A stretch of 64,000 nt of DNA from Epiperipatus broadwayi (GCA_028023455.1 JAQFVV010000001.1:33232001-33296000); one strand, 5' to 3'. Counted from the stretch's first letter, positions 1 through 13,790 are shown. Numbers and translations: made by a program. Notes: generated from the sequence alone by a model not told the origin.

Positions 1-788
1 TATCATATGAGGGCGCCACTAGGAAAAGAACCTAGAACCGCGAAATTAGAAAAATCTTATATTCACAATTGATAATTTGTATACATATGACAGATCAAGC
101 CAAATCCCTCTCCACAATCCCATTTCAAGATGGACGGATTTAATACAATAATAGGTTTTATTGTTTAAAGAACAAATGCAAAAAAACAAAAAACAAATAC
201 ACTTTCATAATCTTTAACCAATGATATGCTTTATTATAGTTTATTTTTCTTTTATTCAAGACCATTAACAAAAAAATCACTAATAACCCCCCTCTATCTT
301 CCTTTCCTCTTTTTTTTTTTTTACTCTTGACATAACTAATGTAATCTTTCTTTTTTTTTTAAAATTAAAACAAAACAAAGGCAAAGATCAACATATATAT
401 TTCGTTCTCGAAGGAACGTGCTTTTACTTAAATAAGTGTCCAAACCGGTCCAAATCTTGACCGGTATTGGGACTAAGCGACTTACTATTAGGAGTAAGTT
501 ATAACACAAACCCCTACCTCTCTTTCAATATTTTTTCAACCCTTAATACTTTTCATTTTGCTTTGCAAATCATGTTTACTTTTATTCTGATAACATTCTC
601 TTGGATTCATTTATGAGATTATTATCTTTTCTTAACCTTGCCCAATAGTCCTGAAAATTTAGTCAAAATTAAACAAACCATTCATAAAGAAAAATTAAAT
701 TATACAAACAATTTATGTATTTTAACTAAACAAATTAAATTTATGTAGATATAAATATTATTAATATTTAAAAAAAAATCCCCTTCTA

Positions 789-1287
789 TTGTCGTAACTC
801 ATAGTTCATTACTGGTTAAATGCAATCCTAAACGTATGTTTAGAGTTCACTAATGTCTATAGTTCAATCAATAAACAAAGTTTCCATTACCCTGATAGAT
901 CAGTGCACGTCCATAAACATTTCTTCGTATCTCTTGGGAGTTGATTCTCAGCAACTAATTTTGTTCCACTGCTAGCTCCGCTTTCTCCTATGTAGTTTGA
1001 TGTTCCTTGAGATGGTTTCACGATTCGATGAAGATCTTGGAATAGGTCAGTGCCCCAGCTGGGGATGGATTCTATTTTGTTTAGCCTTCAATCATTTTTA
1101 TTTCCATTTTTTTAATATAATAGTTCTTTTTTCATTAAAAAAAACTAATAAGTAATCACAATAGGTTTTTCTCTCTAATTTATAGTCCTTTTCTTCATTG
1201 TCCTTTTCTTTGATCACGTTCCTGGCCAGTAATTGCATTCCTTTAATTTTTTGTTTTTAACACCTTGCTAACTAGAAGTCACGACAA
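789..1287. mobile_element. About 500-bp element bounded by short inverted termini (TA-flanked MITE, or solo LTR with TGT...ACA ends)
   Basis: TTGTCGTAACT at 789 and AGTCACGACAA ending at 1287 are inverted repeats, each flanked by TA (ttcTA...TAgaa). There is no 4-5 bp direct TSD of the kind expected for an LTR. Confidence 0.4.
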
Positions 1288-2559
1288 TAGAATTAATTAC
1301 AATTCTTTAGATTAGAAAATTAAAATAATTAATTACGAAATTGTTTCCAAAAACTTTTTAAATTTTTTCTATCACTTTCGATTTAATCTCTCAATCCAAT
1401 TAAAAAAATAACTAATCTACCATTTTGCTTTTTTTTTTAAAATCCCTATAAAAAAACTAATAAATACCAAAAAAAAAACAAACTTTCTATACACACAGCT
1501 TTTATTTCCTATTTTCTACTTAATGAATATGTGTATATACATATATTTACATGCACACAGAGAACATAACATGAGCCGATCGAAATTATCCGCTCAGTAT
1601 TTACTTGAATTTTTAAATTTTATTTATGTATGCAAATTAAGTGTATTTATGGTAAAAAGTTAAATAGTACTTTAGAAATTTTGTTTGGATAATATAAATT
1701 TTTGAATAATAGATTTTCAAATTAATAGTATTCTACTTGAATAAATATAAAACTGTAATTAATTTGGATTTTCACCAGAGTAGGGATTATATTACTACAT
1801 TCATGAAAATTTACAAATCTGGAAATGTTTCAGAAAATTCGGTTCCTGGATTAATATTTTATTTGTATTTAAATTTTTTTTTAAAAAATATTGTTTTAAT
1901 ATTTAGGACAATCTTTTTCCTATTAAAATTATTTGCTTCAATCATCACATTTTAGGTAATGTATGTCGTTTGTCATAATTACACTACAACGTGCTACAAA
2001 CTCTTTGGGAACAAAGCATATGCACCTATACTTGGCTGATCTATATACATAAATACTTTTTTTTTTGTTTAAAATTTGAGTAAAATTGGTCTAAAAATCA
2101 TGGATAATATATTTGTAGTTTAACATTTGTAGTTCAGATTGTAGTAAAAGAAATTGTATAATTTAGAAATGGTTGCATATCCAGATCTAACATCAAACTA
2201 AATGAATATTTTGTGACACTATAAGTATATTGAAACTGTGATCACAAATGATTTTCATTTATTTGTGTATATTGTAGTATTGGAAACTTGAAATTTTCTT
2301 GTTGCTACATTAATATTTGAATAAATATAAATTCAAGGGGTTGTAAAAAATGAGCAGTTGCTCAATAATACTCACTTGAATCTTTCTCTGATGATCAGAC
2401 TTTATTGAGTATCACTTGGTTATATCAAAATAGGTTATACTAGGGTTACACACTTACTTATTCTTTTTTAATTTTGATTTAGTTCTTGCCTCTGAAAGTT
2501 ATCTTGTTCAACCAGGTAAAAAAAAAAAAATAGTTGTTATGATGATTGGCCATCAATGG

Positions 2560-5470
2560 GGTTGCTGTTAGCTTATTTTTTAAAATTTATTTTTAGGAGT
2601 ACTAATTCCAGTCCTTGTCATAATGCTGAGCGTATTTTGAACAGAGACCCTGTTGCCATGAAATTGTCCTGTGGTACAAGAATACTGTCTCTATCCTTTT
2701 TAAGTTTGTTGTGGTAGATATTGGAGTGTCTTCTTAGATTGATTCCAAATGTGAATGTGCAACTGGTACACCAATATGCATATAAGTTGAATGGGCTGCA
2801 TGTATTGTTGGTATTGTGTTTTTTTGTATGCATTTTGCCTGTAGTTGTTCAGCATCATTAGTCACACTTTTTCTAGGACTAGACAATCATGAGAAATGGG
2901 TTTGTGTTCTCTGTGACATAGCATACACAGTGGATCAACATTTGTTTAAAATCTCTTTTACCGAATAAAGTGTGTTGTTGGTAATGCATTCAGGTCAGGT
3001 TGGATAATAAAATAATAAAATTTTGGTTCCAGGCACCATCTTTTGAACTTTCTTAACAGTTGCCCATTATTTATTCCCAATACCATGGGTTGGTTATTCA
3101 CTGGTTGGTATGGAAACAATAGATTTTGTATTTGCCAATATGTGTATTTATTTGGGTTTTTTAGTGTTATATTGTTTCTTATGGGTTCACAACTCACCAG
3201 CAGGGTAGAGATATAGTTATATGTGGGGAAAGGCCATTTCTATTATTACCCATATCTCTGGAAAATGTCTAAGTATGGCTATAAACAGATTTTCTGATTT
3301 TTTGGGTGTAAAACATTGGTATTGCATGTAGTCCAAAGCCATTCCATTTTATAGGTCGGTTTAATTGTTTTATTAAGATGGCTACTACTTTTTCTTTTCC
3401 ATAGTAGCTTGTTGCATAGTGAGTTAATTGGTGAAATAAATGATTTTGTGAAATTTGCTATTGGCAGATAAGTGATTTTTGTCATAATAAGCTGATTGTA
3501 TAATGATACTTTTGAGTAGATTGAGAGATAGGATTTGGAGAGTGATTCTTTCTGTTTCTGCTTTAAGTTTGTTTTGTATTTTTTTTCTCACTTGATTCAT
3601 GCCCAAGTGGAAGGGAAACCCAGAAACATATTAGGTTGGAAGGGAAACCCAGAAACATAATAAATTTTCCTTAAATATTGCCCATGATGTTAATTTTTAG
3701 CTTGAACTTTGCTGTATAATCTCTTATGATTTCATGCAATATAGTTATTTGCTTCTTTGATTTTAGAAATACTGTGACATCATCCATGTAAGCTATACAT
3801 GGTATGTATGTGTTGGTGTTTGGAATTGAAATTCTTTGGATTATTTTTTGAATTTGCTCAAACAGGGGGGTTTAAATATGTTAATAATAGTATACTTAGT
3901 GGAGATTCTTGTGGATTGATTGACAGGGGTAGAAAGTGATAAAGATCTTTCATTGAGTGTGATGTGAATTTCTCTGTTCAGGGGCAGATTGGCGATTGTA
4001 AATAACATTGTGGGAGGTTTTTTTTTTTTTTAAGTTGAATTAACAGTGTTTTGATTGGCATTGAATCAAATGTGCTTTCAAAATCTAACTGCATGGTCAT
4101 TGGGGCAAATTTTTTTAATTTTAAGACTGAGTTAATGATTGTTTTGTATATTAGTGCTGCTTGATCTGTTGATGAGTCCTTTTTCTGCATTCTGTTGTTG
4201 TTATATTAGTGGTATTATATATAGTTCCAATTTTTTTTTTAAAACATTTTTCGAGAATTTTTGTTCCCAAAGACTCCATTGAGATTGCCCGCAGATTGGA
4301 GACTGTCGCATTTGGTGCTTGTTTAATGAAGGGAACTATTGAAACTGGATATAGCCCTTGTATATTGTATAGCTTTTGTGATAGTTGATTTTCAAGCTGG
4401 CACAGGTATGTGTTTGTAAATCGGCTGAGATGTGACTACAAATTATGGGATTCCCGATGGTCCTGATTGGCTTGTACCTGGGTTTGATGGTAGAATGAGT
4501 GTAAAATCTGCAATTTCAAAAGGGGTGATCAATTTCTGGTTTTCCAAAAAAAATTTTCTGGGGGGTTTAAATTGGTTATGCTTTAACTTTTCTTTGAAGT
4601 GCTGATATATAGGTTGTATCATATGTCCAGCTGTGATTTTCCCATTCCACTTTAATGCCATGGTAATGCCCATCGAATGTATCCGCAGGTCCGTGTGCGT
4701 TGCTGTGTTAGAGAAATTCTTTTTTTTTTTTAATTGCTAGATATTGCTTTAGTTTATTGCATGTTTGATTATATAGCTATGTCAGCTTTATTATGTTTAC
4801 ATGATTGTGAGTGGCTGGTTTCGACATGACGATTCTTTTGTGTAGCTCATCTGCTAATGGGATTAGTTTAGAGGGGTGGGTGGGTTGATTTTTGAGTAAT
4901 ATGATTGATATTAAATGAGAGGATGTGTGTACATGCTATGCTTTTAGAGATTGGATCAAGTTGCATCTGATTGAGATTTTTTACTATGATGTATGTTTCT
5001 GAGAAGAGGAACTCTAGAGTGTTGTCTGGTAGGATGATCCGTATTTGTCTTTTGTATGATCCTGTTGTGATATGTGTTTAAATTTAATTTTATTATTTGT
5101 GCTGCATGATCAGAAAATGGGTAGGGGAAGAGACAATATTGGAATAGAACATTAGATCTAGAGGATGCTTTAGTGGTTGTTACAAAAAGATATTGAGTTC
5201 GGTGGGAGAAACTCTTGATAGCTCATATTAAAATCTCGGGCAAGTATAGTGGGATGGTAGTGGTAGGGATTGGATGTTAACCCTTCTTCAAAAAAGGAAC
5301 TTGATTCAGACTAGAAGAGTAGGTTACATTAATACTTTTCATATACATGTGTTTATATTGATGTTCTTGAGGATTATGTATATTGTGTCTAAATCCTTTA
5401 GAAGTCTTTACAGATCTAAACTGAGTGAGCGATGGATTGTCTAATATAGGTTATAATACTGAATTTATAT
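2560..5470 (-). mobile_element. L1/Tx1-like non-LTR retrotransposon copy 1 (decayed ORF2: APE, RT, C-terminal Cys/His domain)
   Basis: Minus-strand peptides: APE ILARDFN and PFSDHAAQII (about 5100-5250); RT QLDFESTFDS (about 4050) and IAYMDDVTVF (about 3770-3795); FLGFPF; RWCLEPK...LPT (about 3000). Many stops and frameshifts. Confidence 0.85.
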
Positions 5471-5487
5471 GGCATGTTGGTTTTTTT

Positions 5488-5745
5488 TTAATTCCATTGG
5501 GTTTTTAAAAATTGTTTCTCAAAGTTCTTATTTATATTTGGATAATTAAGATACACGTGTACGGTACATATATATTTTTTGCATATATGCTTTGTAATAG
5601 TTTGTTGGTCTTCAGATTAATTCCATTGGTTTTTTTAAAATTGTTTCTCAAAGTTCTTATTTATATTTGGATAATTAAGATACACGTGTACGGTACATAT
5701 ATATTTTTTGTTTATATGCTTTGTAATAGTTTATTGGTCTTCAGA
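5488..5745. repeat. Tandem duplication, 2 x 129 bp, at the 3' end of Tx1-like copy 2
   Basis: Units 5488-5616 and 5617-5745 differ at only a few positions. Confidence 0.95.
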
Positions 5746-7436
5746 TATTGGTTTTGTAAGCTGGCATATGTTTCTACTGGATACATTGTGTATGTTTTAT
5801 TATCATATATCAATTCTTGGATTTTGTGATGTCCATTAATTTGCATTCTCTTTTTGAGTATATTAAATGATTTGGAAAATGACAGAACTTCCCTGATTAG
5901 AGATTTGAGCGTTGTTTATGAGTGACCAAGTGGCCATGAAAATGTCTGGGTGTGCTTTTTTATTGTCTCTGTTTTGCTAATTTGTTATGAAATGTTGATG
6001 TATGTCGCCTTATATTATTGCTAAAAGCGAATGTGCATTGCATGTACCAAAATGCATAGAGCATGAAAGTTGCTGTACGGACTGTAGGAGTGGATGTTCT
6101 GTGGAATGCGCTGATATTCTGCAGGAAGATGTTTGGTTGTCTGTTTGTGTTAGTTATTTCATGCCGAATATTGTTTAATGCGAAGCAGTTGTAAAACAGA
6201 TGTTGTTGAATTTCTTCTGCTTGGTGGCATAGTGTGCAGAAGGGTAACAAGTGTCTATTTTAGGAAGTATGGGGTTAGCAAGGCATTTAGATAGTCTAAG
6301 GAGGAAATCCAAGAATTTGGGCTCCATGGACCATTTTAAATTTTTTAAGCAGATGTTGGTTGTTTATTCCAAGTATCTGGGTCGAAATATCTGGTGTATG
6401 TCCTGGGAATACTAACGCATAGATCTGCCAATATGAATATTTTGTTATTGTTTGTAGTGATATCTGAGTATGTCTCTTTCTAAACTGGTTGATAACTGAT
6501 GATAGGTAGCAATGCGATGGTAGATGTTTGTCTGTAGATATTATTTGGATTAGACATTGAAGTTTTGGGAAATGTCAGAGGGTGACTATTATAAGGGTTG
6601 CGGTCTTCTGTATTTGAAAAATATATGTTGTATAGCCCTAAATCATTATGTATTGTTAAGTGACTAAGGCATTTTGCAGATATTGACACTGTTTTTTTAT
6701 TCCATAGAAGTTTATTGCAATATAAAGAGATTTTTGAGATGAAAGCTTTGGTGAATTGAATTATGAGAGAATAATAAATTATTTTGGTGATCATTAGCTG
6801 GTCGAACAATTGTACTTTAAAGCCGAGGAATGCTGATGGTTAGCCTTGGAAAGTTTGTGCATAACTTACTTGTGTAGAGTGACCAGGCGGCAGTCTTATT
6901 CTGATTAAATTTGAGATGATGTGCTGATGCATAGTTTTGAAGCATTTTCTGTAGCATTGATATCTGCTTTCTAGAAGTAAGACTGTCATCGATTATGCAA
7001 TGCAGGCTACATATTGTGATGTGCCTGGTATATGGATGGATGCCTTTGATATTTTGTTGGATTTTAAGTATGAGTGGTTTGATGTAAAAAATAAATAGTA
7101 GTGAGCCAAGTGATGAACCTTGGGATATGGATTGTGTGGTGGTAAGTGATGGAGAATTTTTGCCATTAAGTATGATGTGGATTTCACGGCTTAGTAGTAG
7201 GTTAGTAAGCAGATAGAGATGAGTGGGTGGGATTGTGGTGTCAGCCAACATGTTGATTAATGTCATCTGAGTCAAAAGCTGCTTCTATATCAAGTTGAAC
7301 TGCAATTGGTGCGTACTTTTTCAGTCCTGAACTGAGTTCAAGACTGTTTTGAAGATCATCGTAGCTTGTGCAGTAGATGATTGCTTCTTTGCAAACTGGC
7401 TATTTGATATTAATGGTAGAATGTGTGTCTCTAGGC

Positions 7437-7805
7437 CAGGGGTCCCCAACCTTTTTGCACTTAAGAGCACATTCTACAATACCAGCCAGGTGGCAGGCAC
7501 CATTTATTTTTTCAATGTAAATTTCTAGTTGGATATTGTTAATAATACACGTAATGTACAAAAAAAAATATTTATTTCAAAAATAAAATTTTAACATATA
7601 ATTGTTTATATTTTTACGCTGTAAAAGTATTGTATGCCCTACAATTTGATTACAATATAATACAATAATTTATAAGAAATTTTAAAAATTAAATTTATCT
7701 GTATCAGATAAATAAAATTTTTTATCGTGTTTGGATAGCGGCGAGCACACATAAAATGGTCTGCAGGCGCCATGGTGCCCATGGGCATAGGGTTGGGGAC
7801 CCCTG
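7437..7805. mobile_element. hAT (Charlie-like) MITE family A, copy 1
   Basis: TIR CAGGGGTCCCCAACC / GGTTGGGGACCCCTG; degenerate 8-bp TSD ctctaggc / atctagga; near-full-length inverted homologue at 50377-50739. Confidence 0.93.
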
Positions 7806-10789
7806 ATCTAGGATATCCTTGAGCATTTTTTCAATTATTTTAATAGTAAGTGGTCATATTGAGATGGGACGGAGGTTGGAAAGTGTTGATATGGAGGCTT
7901 GTTTTTTGTTGAAGGGGACTATTCAATTGGGTATAACTCCTGGATTCTTGTAGCTTCTGTGATAAGTGATTTTCAAGGTTGCACAAGTATTGGGAAGTGA
8001 ACTGGCTGAGATGTGCAAGGACAAATTTTGAGTTGCCATGTGTTCCTGGGTGACATGTATTAGGTCTTGTGGCCAGTTGAATGGGGTATTTATTTCTGGT
8101 TTTCCAAAAACATCAGAAAGAGGTTTGACTGGGTAGTAGGTTTGTAGTTTTTGTTTGGATTGATGGGAGATTGATTTTAACATGTTATTTCCTGCATATA
8201 GTCCAAGGTCCAACGAATGTATTTTTTTGTTCATGTATGTTGTTGGCTGAAGCAGGTTTTACTTTTTTTTATTTCCAGGCAGTTCTTGAGATTGATACAG
8301 ATATTGTTGTATGCTAGAGTAAGCTTGCATATATTTTGTTGACTTGTGTGTGTTGGATTTAGCATTGTAATTCATCTGAAGGATGATGGATTTGTGTGTA
8401 ATGTGATCTATATTGAATGATAAGGTGTTTATGAATGCTAGATATCTTTGGATGGGGGTAAGTTGCATATTTTTGATTTTTCTGGAGCATTATGTATAAA
8501 TTCTGGGGTGGCAATTGGAAGCAGTATTTTAACTGTTTCCCATGTGTAAGTGAAATTGTCTGAATTTCTTTGAGGTTAATCAACATAGTTTGTGCAGAGT
8601 GATCAGAGAAAGATGAGTTGAAGTTTAGGCTAATTAAATGGTGTACCATAGGTGAGTAAAAATGCAGGTCAATCCTTAATGTATGATGACCATTGTGAAA
8701 ATTAATTGCATCCCTTGTCAGAAAACCCTCAGCACTCATAAGTGATATCGATATTTGATGTAGCCATTTTGAAATAAAATCTTGATATTTCATACTGAAA
8801 TCTCTGATTAGAGTTGTTCGATGTGAACTAGTATCAAATAACGAGTTTATGTTTAATGTGATCTTTAACACAATTGCAGGACCAGGTAGTATATACACAA
8901 ATATGTTATTTAGTGTGATGATTTGATTAACAGTTACTATTATTTGATGATTAACAGTTTCTACTATTTCTGCTGCTGTTGTTTATTTATTTAAAAGCTT
9001 TTTTCTTCTAAATTATACTTTAATGAATTCTGGATATTGAAAATTTTAATCTTTTCATTTTTTTTTTTGAGTAATACTCTTAAGTGAGTCATTTATTGTG
9101 ACCATATTAAGTTAATCTCCTTTATTTTAATGTAAAACACGAAAGGTGTTACTGAATATTGAATTAAAATTTTTGGTATCTATGAAATTGTTTTTGATAA
9201 TGATGATAATTTTTGTATTTTTATAATTATGTAAATTGAGGCAGCATTAGCTGTATCTGATACGCTTATACGTATAAGTAAAGTATTATAACCTTTAAAT
9301 AATTCCTTACAGCACCAAAGCTTGTTCAACTGTTTTCAAAAATTAACAATGGACAAATTACTTGTGAATTTTGCTAACCATGTGTTGAAGGTTTTAAGCT
9401 TTTTCCATACTCGTTTCATTTTCTAGTTAACTAACTTGTTCCATTTAAGGATCAATTTTGGATACATAGTGAGTTGTTTATTAGCCATAAGAAAATTAAT
9501 GAATATTTGTGGAATTGTGAGTTTTATTTATCTCAGACTGAATCCAGATCATATAAATGCCACTATGTTTTGAGGTTACCCATGTGTAATTACTTATTTG
9601 ATCAAATTTAGAATTAGGTATTGATCTACTCAGCTATCTATAGTCCACTTTCTTTTAAACCTGCTTTGACATCACACAAAGAATACTGGGATGATGAATT
9701 GATCAATTTAAGATTCATTGGATTTGGAAAAGGATTTTTATTGTAATATTACTATATAATTTATAAATTCAAAGTGGAATCTAAGAACCTCACTAATTTT
9801 TGTTTGACAGGTCTTTTTTTTTTTTGGCAAGATTTTAGTATTATTTCTCTTTTCAATTTCTTTTTTGGTTTTAGGAAATTGGGAGAGAAGGGAAAAATAT
9901 GATCAATAGTAAGTTTTCAAGGTTGATTTAGATTTCTTGTCACCATATAATTTCAAACAACTTTTTTTAGTATTTCTAATTGACAGATTTATTTTGGAAT
10001 TATTTATTTTTTTGACATCACAAAATGCAAAAATGAAAATGCATTGTGGCTTTCATCTTGGCAGTGTGCATGGATATTGCAAAAACCCTTTAAACGTCCC
10101 ATTTTTTATCTCCATCATAGCCAACCCAGACCTCTAAATAAATGTAAAGAGATTTATTTTTACATTTTTTAAATGAAAAACTAAATAAAGCAATTTAAAT
10201 GAATACCTATAAGTCCAATGCTTCCAGTTGCTTTTAAAGTAAAAACATTTTAAAGAATATGATCAATAAAGAATACAAAGTTTATTTTAAGTTAATTTTT
10301 AACAAGAAAAAAAATTCTTGTAACTGAGACAGGAAAATGTTTCCTTTTTATCTTTTGGGTTTTTATTGTATTTTTTTTTTTTTTGAACTCTTATGAATCT
10401 AGATTTTAAGTATATATGTATGTTGAATCTTAATTTTATTGATTAATTATCCCAGATTTGGTGATATAGACACAGTGTTTTAAATAAACAAAGAGAAAAT
10501 GGAATGTAGATAATTGAGTATATCTGTACCTAGGCTTAAAATATTTTTTTAAGATATTCTCATGTAACAGTTTTAAAACATGCTATATATTTTTAATTAA
10601 TTTTTTCTTTCACCCCCCCGCCCCTTCAGTTCTGTGAGGACCATTAAGACATTTCTTTTTGAAGAAAGTTTAAAATGCCTTTATCTTAGTTTATAAATAT
10701 TGACTATTTATGTAATTTCGAATATTTACATATAGCATGCTGTATTTTGACACCACTTGTATTAGCAAAAGTTATAAAGGTAAACAGAT

Positions 10790-11450
10790 AAACAGAAATA
10801 AATATTATACAATTTGACTAATAACTGACATTTATTTGGCTAGCAAGATTATATATAAAAATGGAGAATAATATACTAAGCCATAGACCCTTGCTTAAAC
10901 GATAAAGCCAATGTCACCTGTAAAAATCTCTAGGTCAATCCTGGAACCTTTATTGATGGAAATTCTCTGGGCATTCTATTGTCCTATAAAAGCTTCAGCC
11001 CTGCATTTATCCCTATTTCACAACTTGATGCAACTCCCATGATGTGTATGTGCTTATGTATTCTTTCTTTCCCTGTATGCCTAGATTATAGTTCCATGAT
11101 GAGAATGTGCATATGTATTTTTTCTTAAGTTGTGATTTCATTCTGTTCCAAATCATGCCCAGATAGTTGTATTATAATCTTTTAATTACTTTCACATATC
11201 ATGGAAATTTCTAGATTCAGATTATCAATCTAATTATTTATGATATTTCTATTTCTGGAACAGGAATAATTATTTTAATTTTAATCAGCTTTCTTGATTT
11301 CCAAATATTTAGTTCTTTACAGTTGAAACATATTTGTTACTTAATGAAAATATCTAAGCACTAATTTATCTGAAATATTTTACTTAATTAATAAAAATAT
11401 AATTTTTTGTTTGCATTATTTAACTCACACAAGTATTTTTTAGTTTGCTT
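10790..11450. repeat. Unclassified dispersed repeat, copy 1 (homologue at 15855-16530)
   Basis: Shared blocks with the second copy, e.g. gactaataactgacatttattt and atggaaatttctagattcagattatcaatctaattattta; about 70-75% similar by eye. Confidence 0.8.
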
Positions 11451-11541
11451 ATATAAACGTAACAATAAACCTCTACTTAAAAAATTAGGGGTCTGAAATC
11501 TAATATAGTCTTTTAAAGTTCTTTCCTGATTATTTGCAATC

Positions 11542-11750
11542 TATAAATTATAATAAATAATAAAAATTATATATAACTATATAAATATATTAATAATAAT
11601 TACACATAAAAATCCTTTTTTGGTCCATAGTAAGGGCACAAAATTATGTGCCAAAAAAGGTTTTTTATGTGTAATTATTATTAATATATATATACATGTA
11701 TATTTATATAACTGTTGTATATGATTTTTATTACTTATTATAATTTATAT
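11542..11750. repeat. AT-rich palindrome / fold-back
   Basis: Inner arms 11585-11623 and 11651-11689 match at 38 of 39 positions; weaker pairing extends to about 11542 and 11750. Confidence 0.85.
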
Positions 11751-11859
11751 GACATAACAGCACAATGGACTTCATTAATTTCCATTTTTAATAATATTTA
11801 TAATTATGTAAATGTGCATCATTTTTCTCTTATATGTGCTTCTCAGTTACTGCTGATGT

Positions 11860-13790
11860 GAGATTCTTGAAATTGTTTGGAATGTTGGGCACGGCAATAC
11901 TTTCTGTTTGATTTTTTTTTCTAAATCGCCTGACATGATTGTGGATTTTTGCATAAGTTTTCCTGTTTAGTTTCAATGGTTATAATTTGCCTGGATAGCT
12001 GTTTGTGTTTTATACCTTTTACCCAGTATTTTCTGATAGTATCTCTGATCCATACATTTTCTCCCATAGCAATAGCGATTTTCTGCAATGTAGTGATCTC
12101 TAAATTAAAACTTTCTTTAGCCAAATTAGCATAATGTTTGTGTTAATGTTTCGCTCAAATATCTCTGCTAGAAATTTACCAGTACTAGTTGAAGATATAT
12201 TGTGCTGATATAAAAGAGATATATACAAAGTTTTTGAAATATTCTGTCCCTTTTGTGACATAAGATATATCTAATACTCCATTCTTTTAGAAATGCATCG
12301 AATCTATTTGAAGAGAATCTGCTGCTATTATCTGACGAGCATCTTTGGGAAATCATGAAAAGAGCATCTTTCTTCAAGTTTTTCAATTGTTTTCTCAGTT
12401 ACTAGTGTTCTTCATGAACTTATATTCAGTTCATTTTGAGTATGTCTATTACCACCAAGAAAATGTACCCATTGAATAGTACAGTTTGGACAATATGAAC
12501 ATGACTACCACGATTTTGTGGACCAATGATCATGCTATATATATATATATATTTCTGGAGCATTTGCTGTTACTTGGCATTTACAACAAGTTTTGATGAA
12601 ATATTCCAATTCCTTATTGATAGCAGGCCATCGTACATAATTGCGGGCAAGTGCATTATCTCATATTATGCCAGGATAAACTGATGAATCAAATATAAAA
12701 CCTGATAATGATTACTGATTGATTTTAACACAATTGTCCATTGACACGTACCCTTTGCTTATAGAGGTTTTCTCTGGCATTTCATATGGATTTATGTAGT
12801 TCAGGGCAGTGACAAGGCTGGTTTTTGATCTGTTTCTCGATGAACTTTTGTCCAATCTGTTTTTTTTTGTTATTTTGGTATTTCATCCATCTATATAGTT
12901 AATAGTTGGTTTATTTTCCTCTGGTTCTGACTTAATAAGAACTCTTGAAAATGCATCTGCATATTTTATTGTATTTTTTTTTTTAATTAGTTCGATATCG
13001 TATCCTGCAGACACATTCATAATACAGGCATTTTTAATTTTTATTTCTTTTGGGAAAGGTGGGTGGACTTTACATTCTTTTCCTTTCTTAGCTGGACATA
13101 CCTATTCTAAATGGCCCACAGTCCCATAGACTACAATGCTACTTTTTCCATTTACAATTTCATACCATATGGTCTTTTTTTCCACAACAATATAACACAT
13201 TAAATTTCAAATTTCTTTTAACAGACTGATTTTTACTTTGTCTTTTTTATAAACACCCCACTATCATTATTATATTGGTTCAATACAATTTTATGGAGTA
13301 ATCCCATATTAATTGCTTCTTTATAAGTTAAATATCTAGAGGGCAGCAACTGCTGTCTAAAGCTTATCAGACATTTCCCAAAGTAATTGTTCTAGCAATG
13401 TTTTTAGCAAGCGCATCGATGCTTGATTATAATCACATAAATTTTACCTCTTGAGCATCTATTTTTAAAGTGTTCCTATGCTACATGTTTTGAAGCCATG
13501 GATTACATGTTTTGGAGGATGTGAAGTAAAATATTTAACTTTTCCATACTATTGCGTATGATAATTTCTCTGGGTTCTTACAAACCTAGAGCTGATTTGC
13601 AATTTCAATTACATTTTGCTCAGCATAACATAGCAAAATGCCAATTTTAATGGGCTCACTAAAAATTCTGCTTATAAAAAAGTTTTCTTTATCCTCATAA
13701 CTTATTTAGCCGATAAAATGCCATATTGGATTTTTGGAGAATTGGTATATGACACAATTTTTAATATAACTTCAATTGGAATTATGGAAA
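11860..13790 (-). mobile_element. Gypsy/Ty3 LTR retrotransposon pol remnant (RT, RNase H, integrase)
   Basis: Minus strand: NYFGK (RT/connection), GYDIELI...YADAFSR (RNase H end), ALARNYVRWPAI...KTCCKCQ (integrase zinc finger), TEKTIEKL...SDNSSRFSSNRFDAFLKEWSIRY (integrase core). No LTRs found. Confidence 0.85.

Larger units (their letters stand above)
5480..8950 (-). mobile_element. L1/Tx1-like copy 2, head-to-tail with copy 1, interrupted by a hAT MITE
   Basis: APE RIDLHF...FSDHSAQ (ORF 8359-8898); RT PIAVQLDIEAAFDS (about 7290) and SQGSSLGSLLFIFYIKPL (ORF 6817-7275); zf-RVT-like CTLCHQAEEIQQHLFYNC (ORF 5960-6250); short A-tail at about 5480-5489. Confidence 0.85.

Noticed and set aside
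5512-5829. 105-aa ORF with internal repeat
   Set aside because: It is an artefact of the 129-bp (43-codon) tandem duplication, antisense to a LINE 3' UTR.
9240-9760. Exon-like pieces (AALAVSDTL; MDKLLVNFANHVLK; TESRSYKCHYVLR; YSAIYSPLSFKP...)
   Set aside because: They could not be spliced into one open frame; splice sites are weak and no protein family is recognisable beyond a short GPCR-like phrase.
12325-12355. CTGACGA...GAAA hammerhead-like match
   Set aside because: There is no stem II or stem I pairing, and it lies within Gypsy integrase coding remnants.
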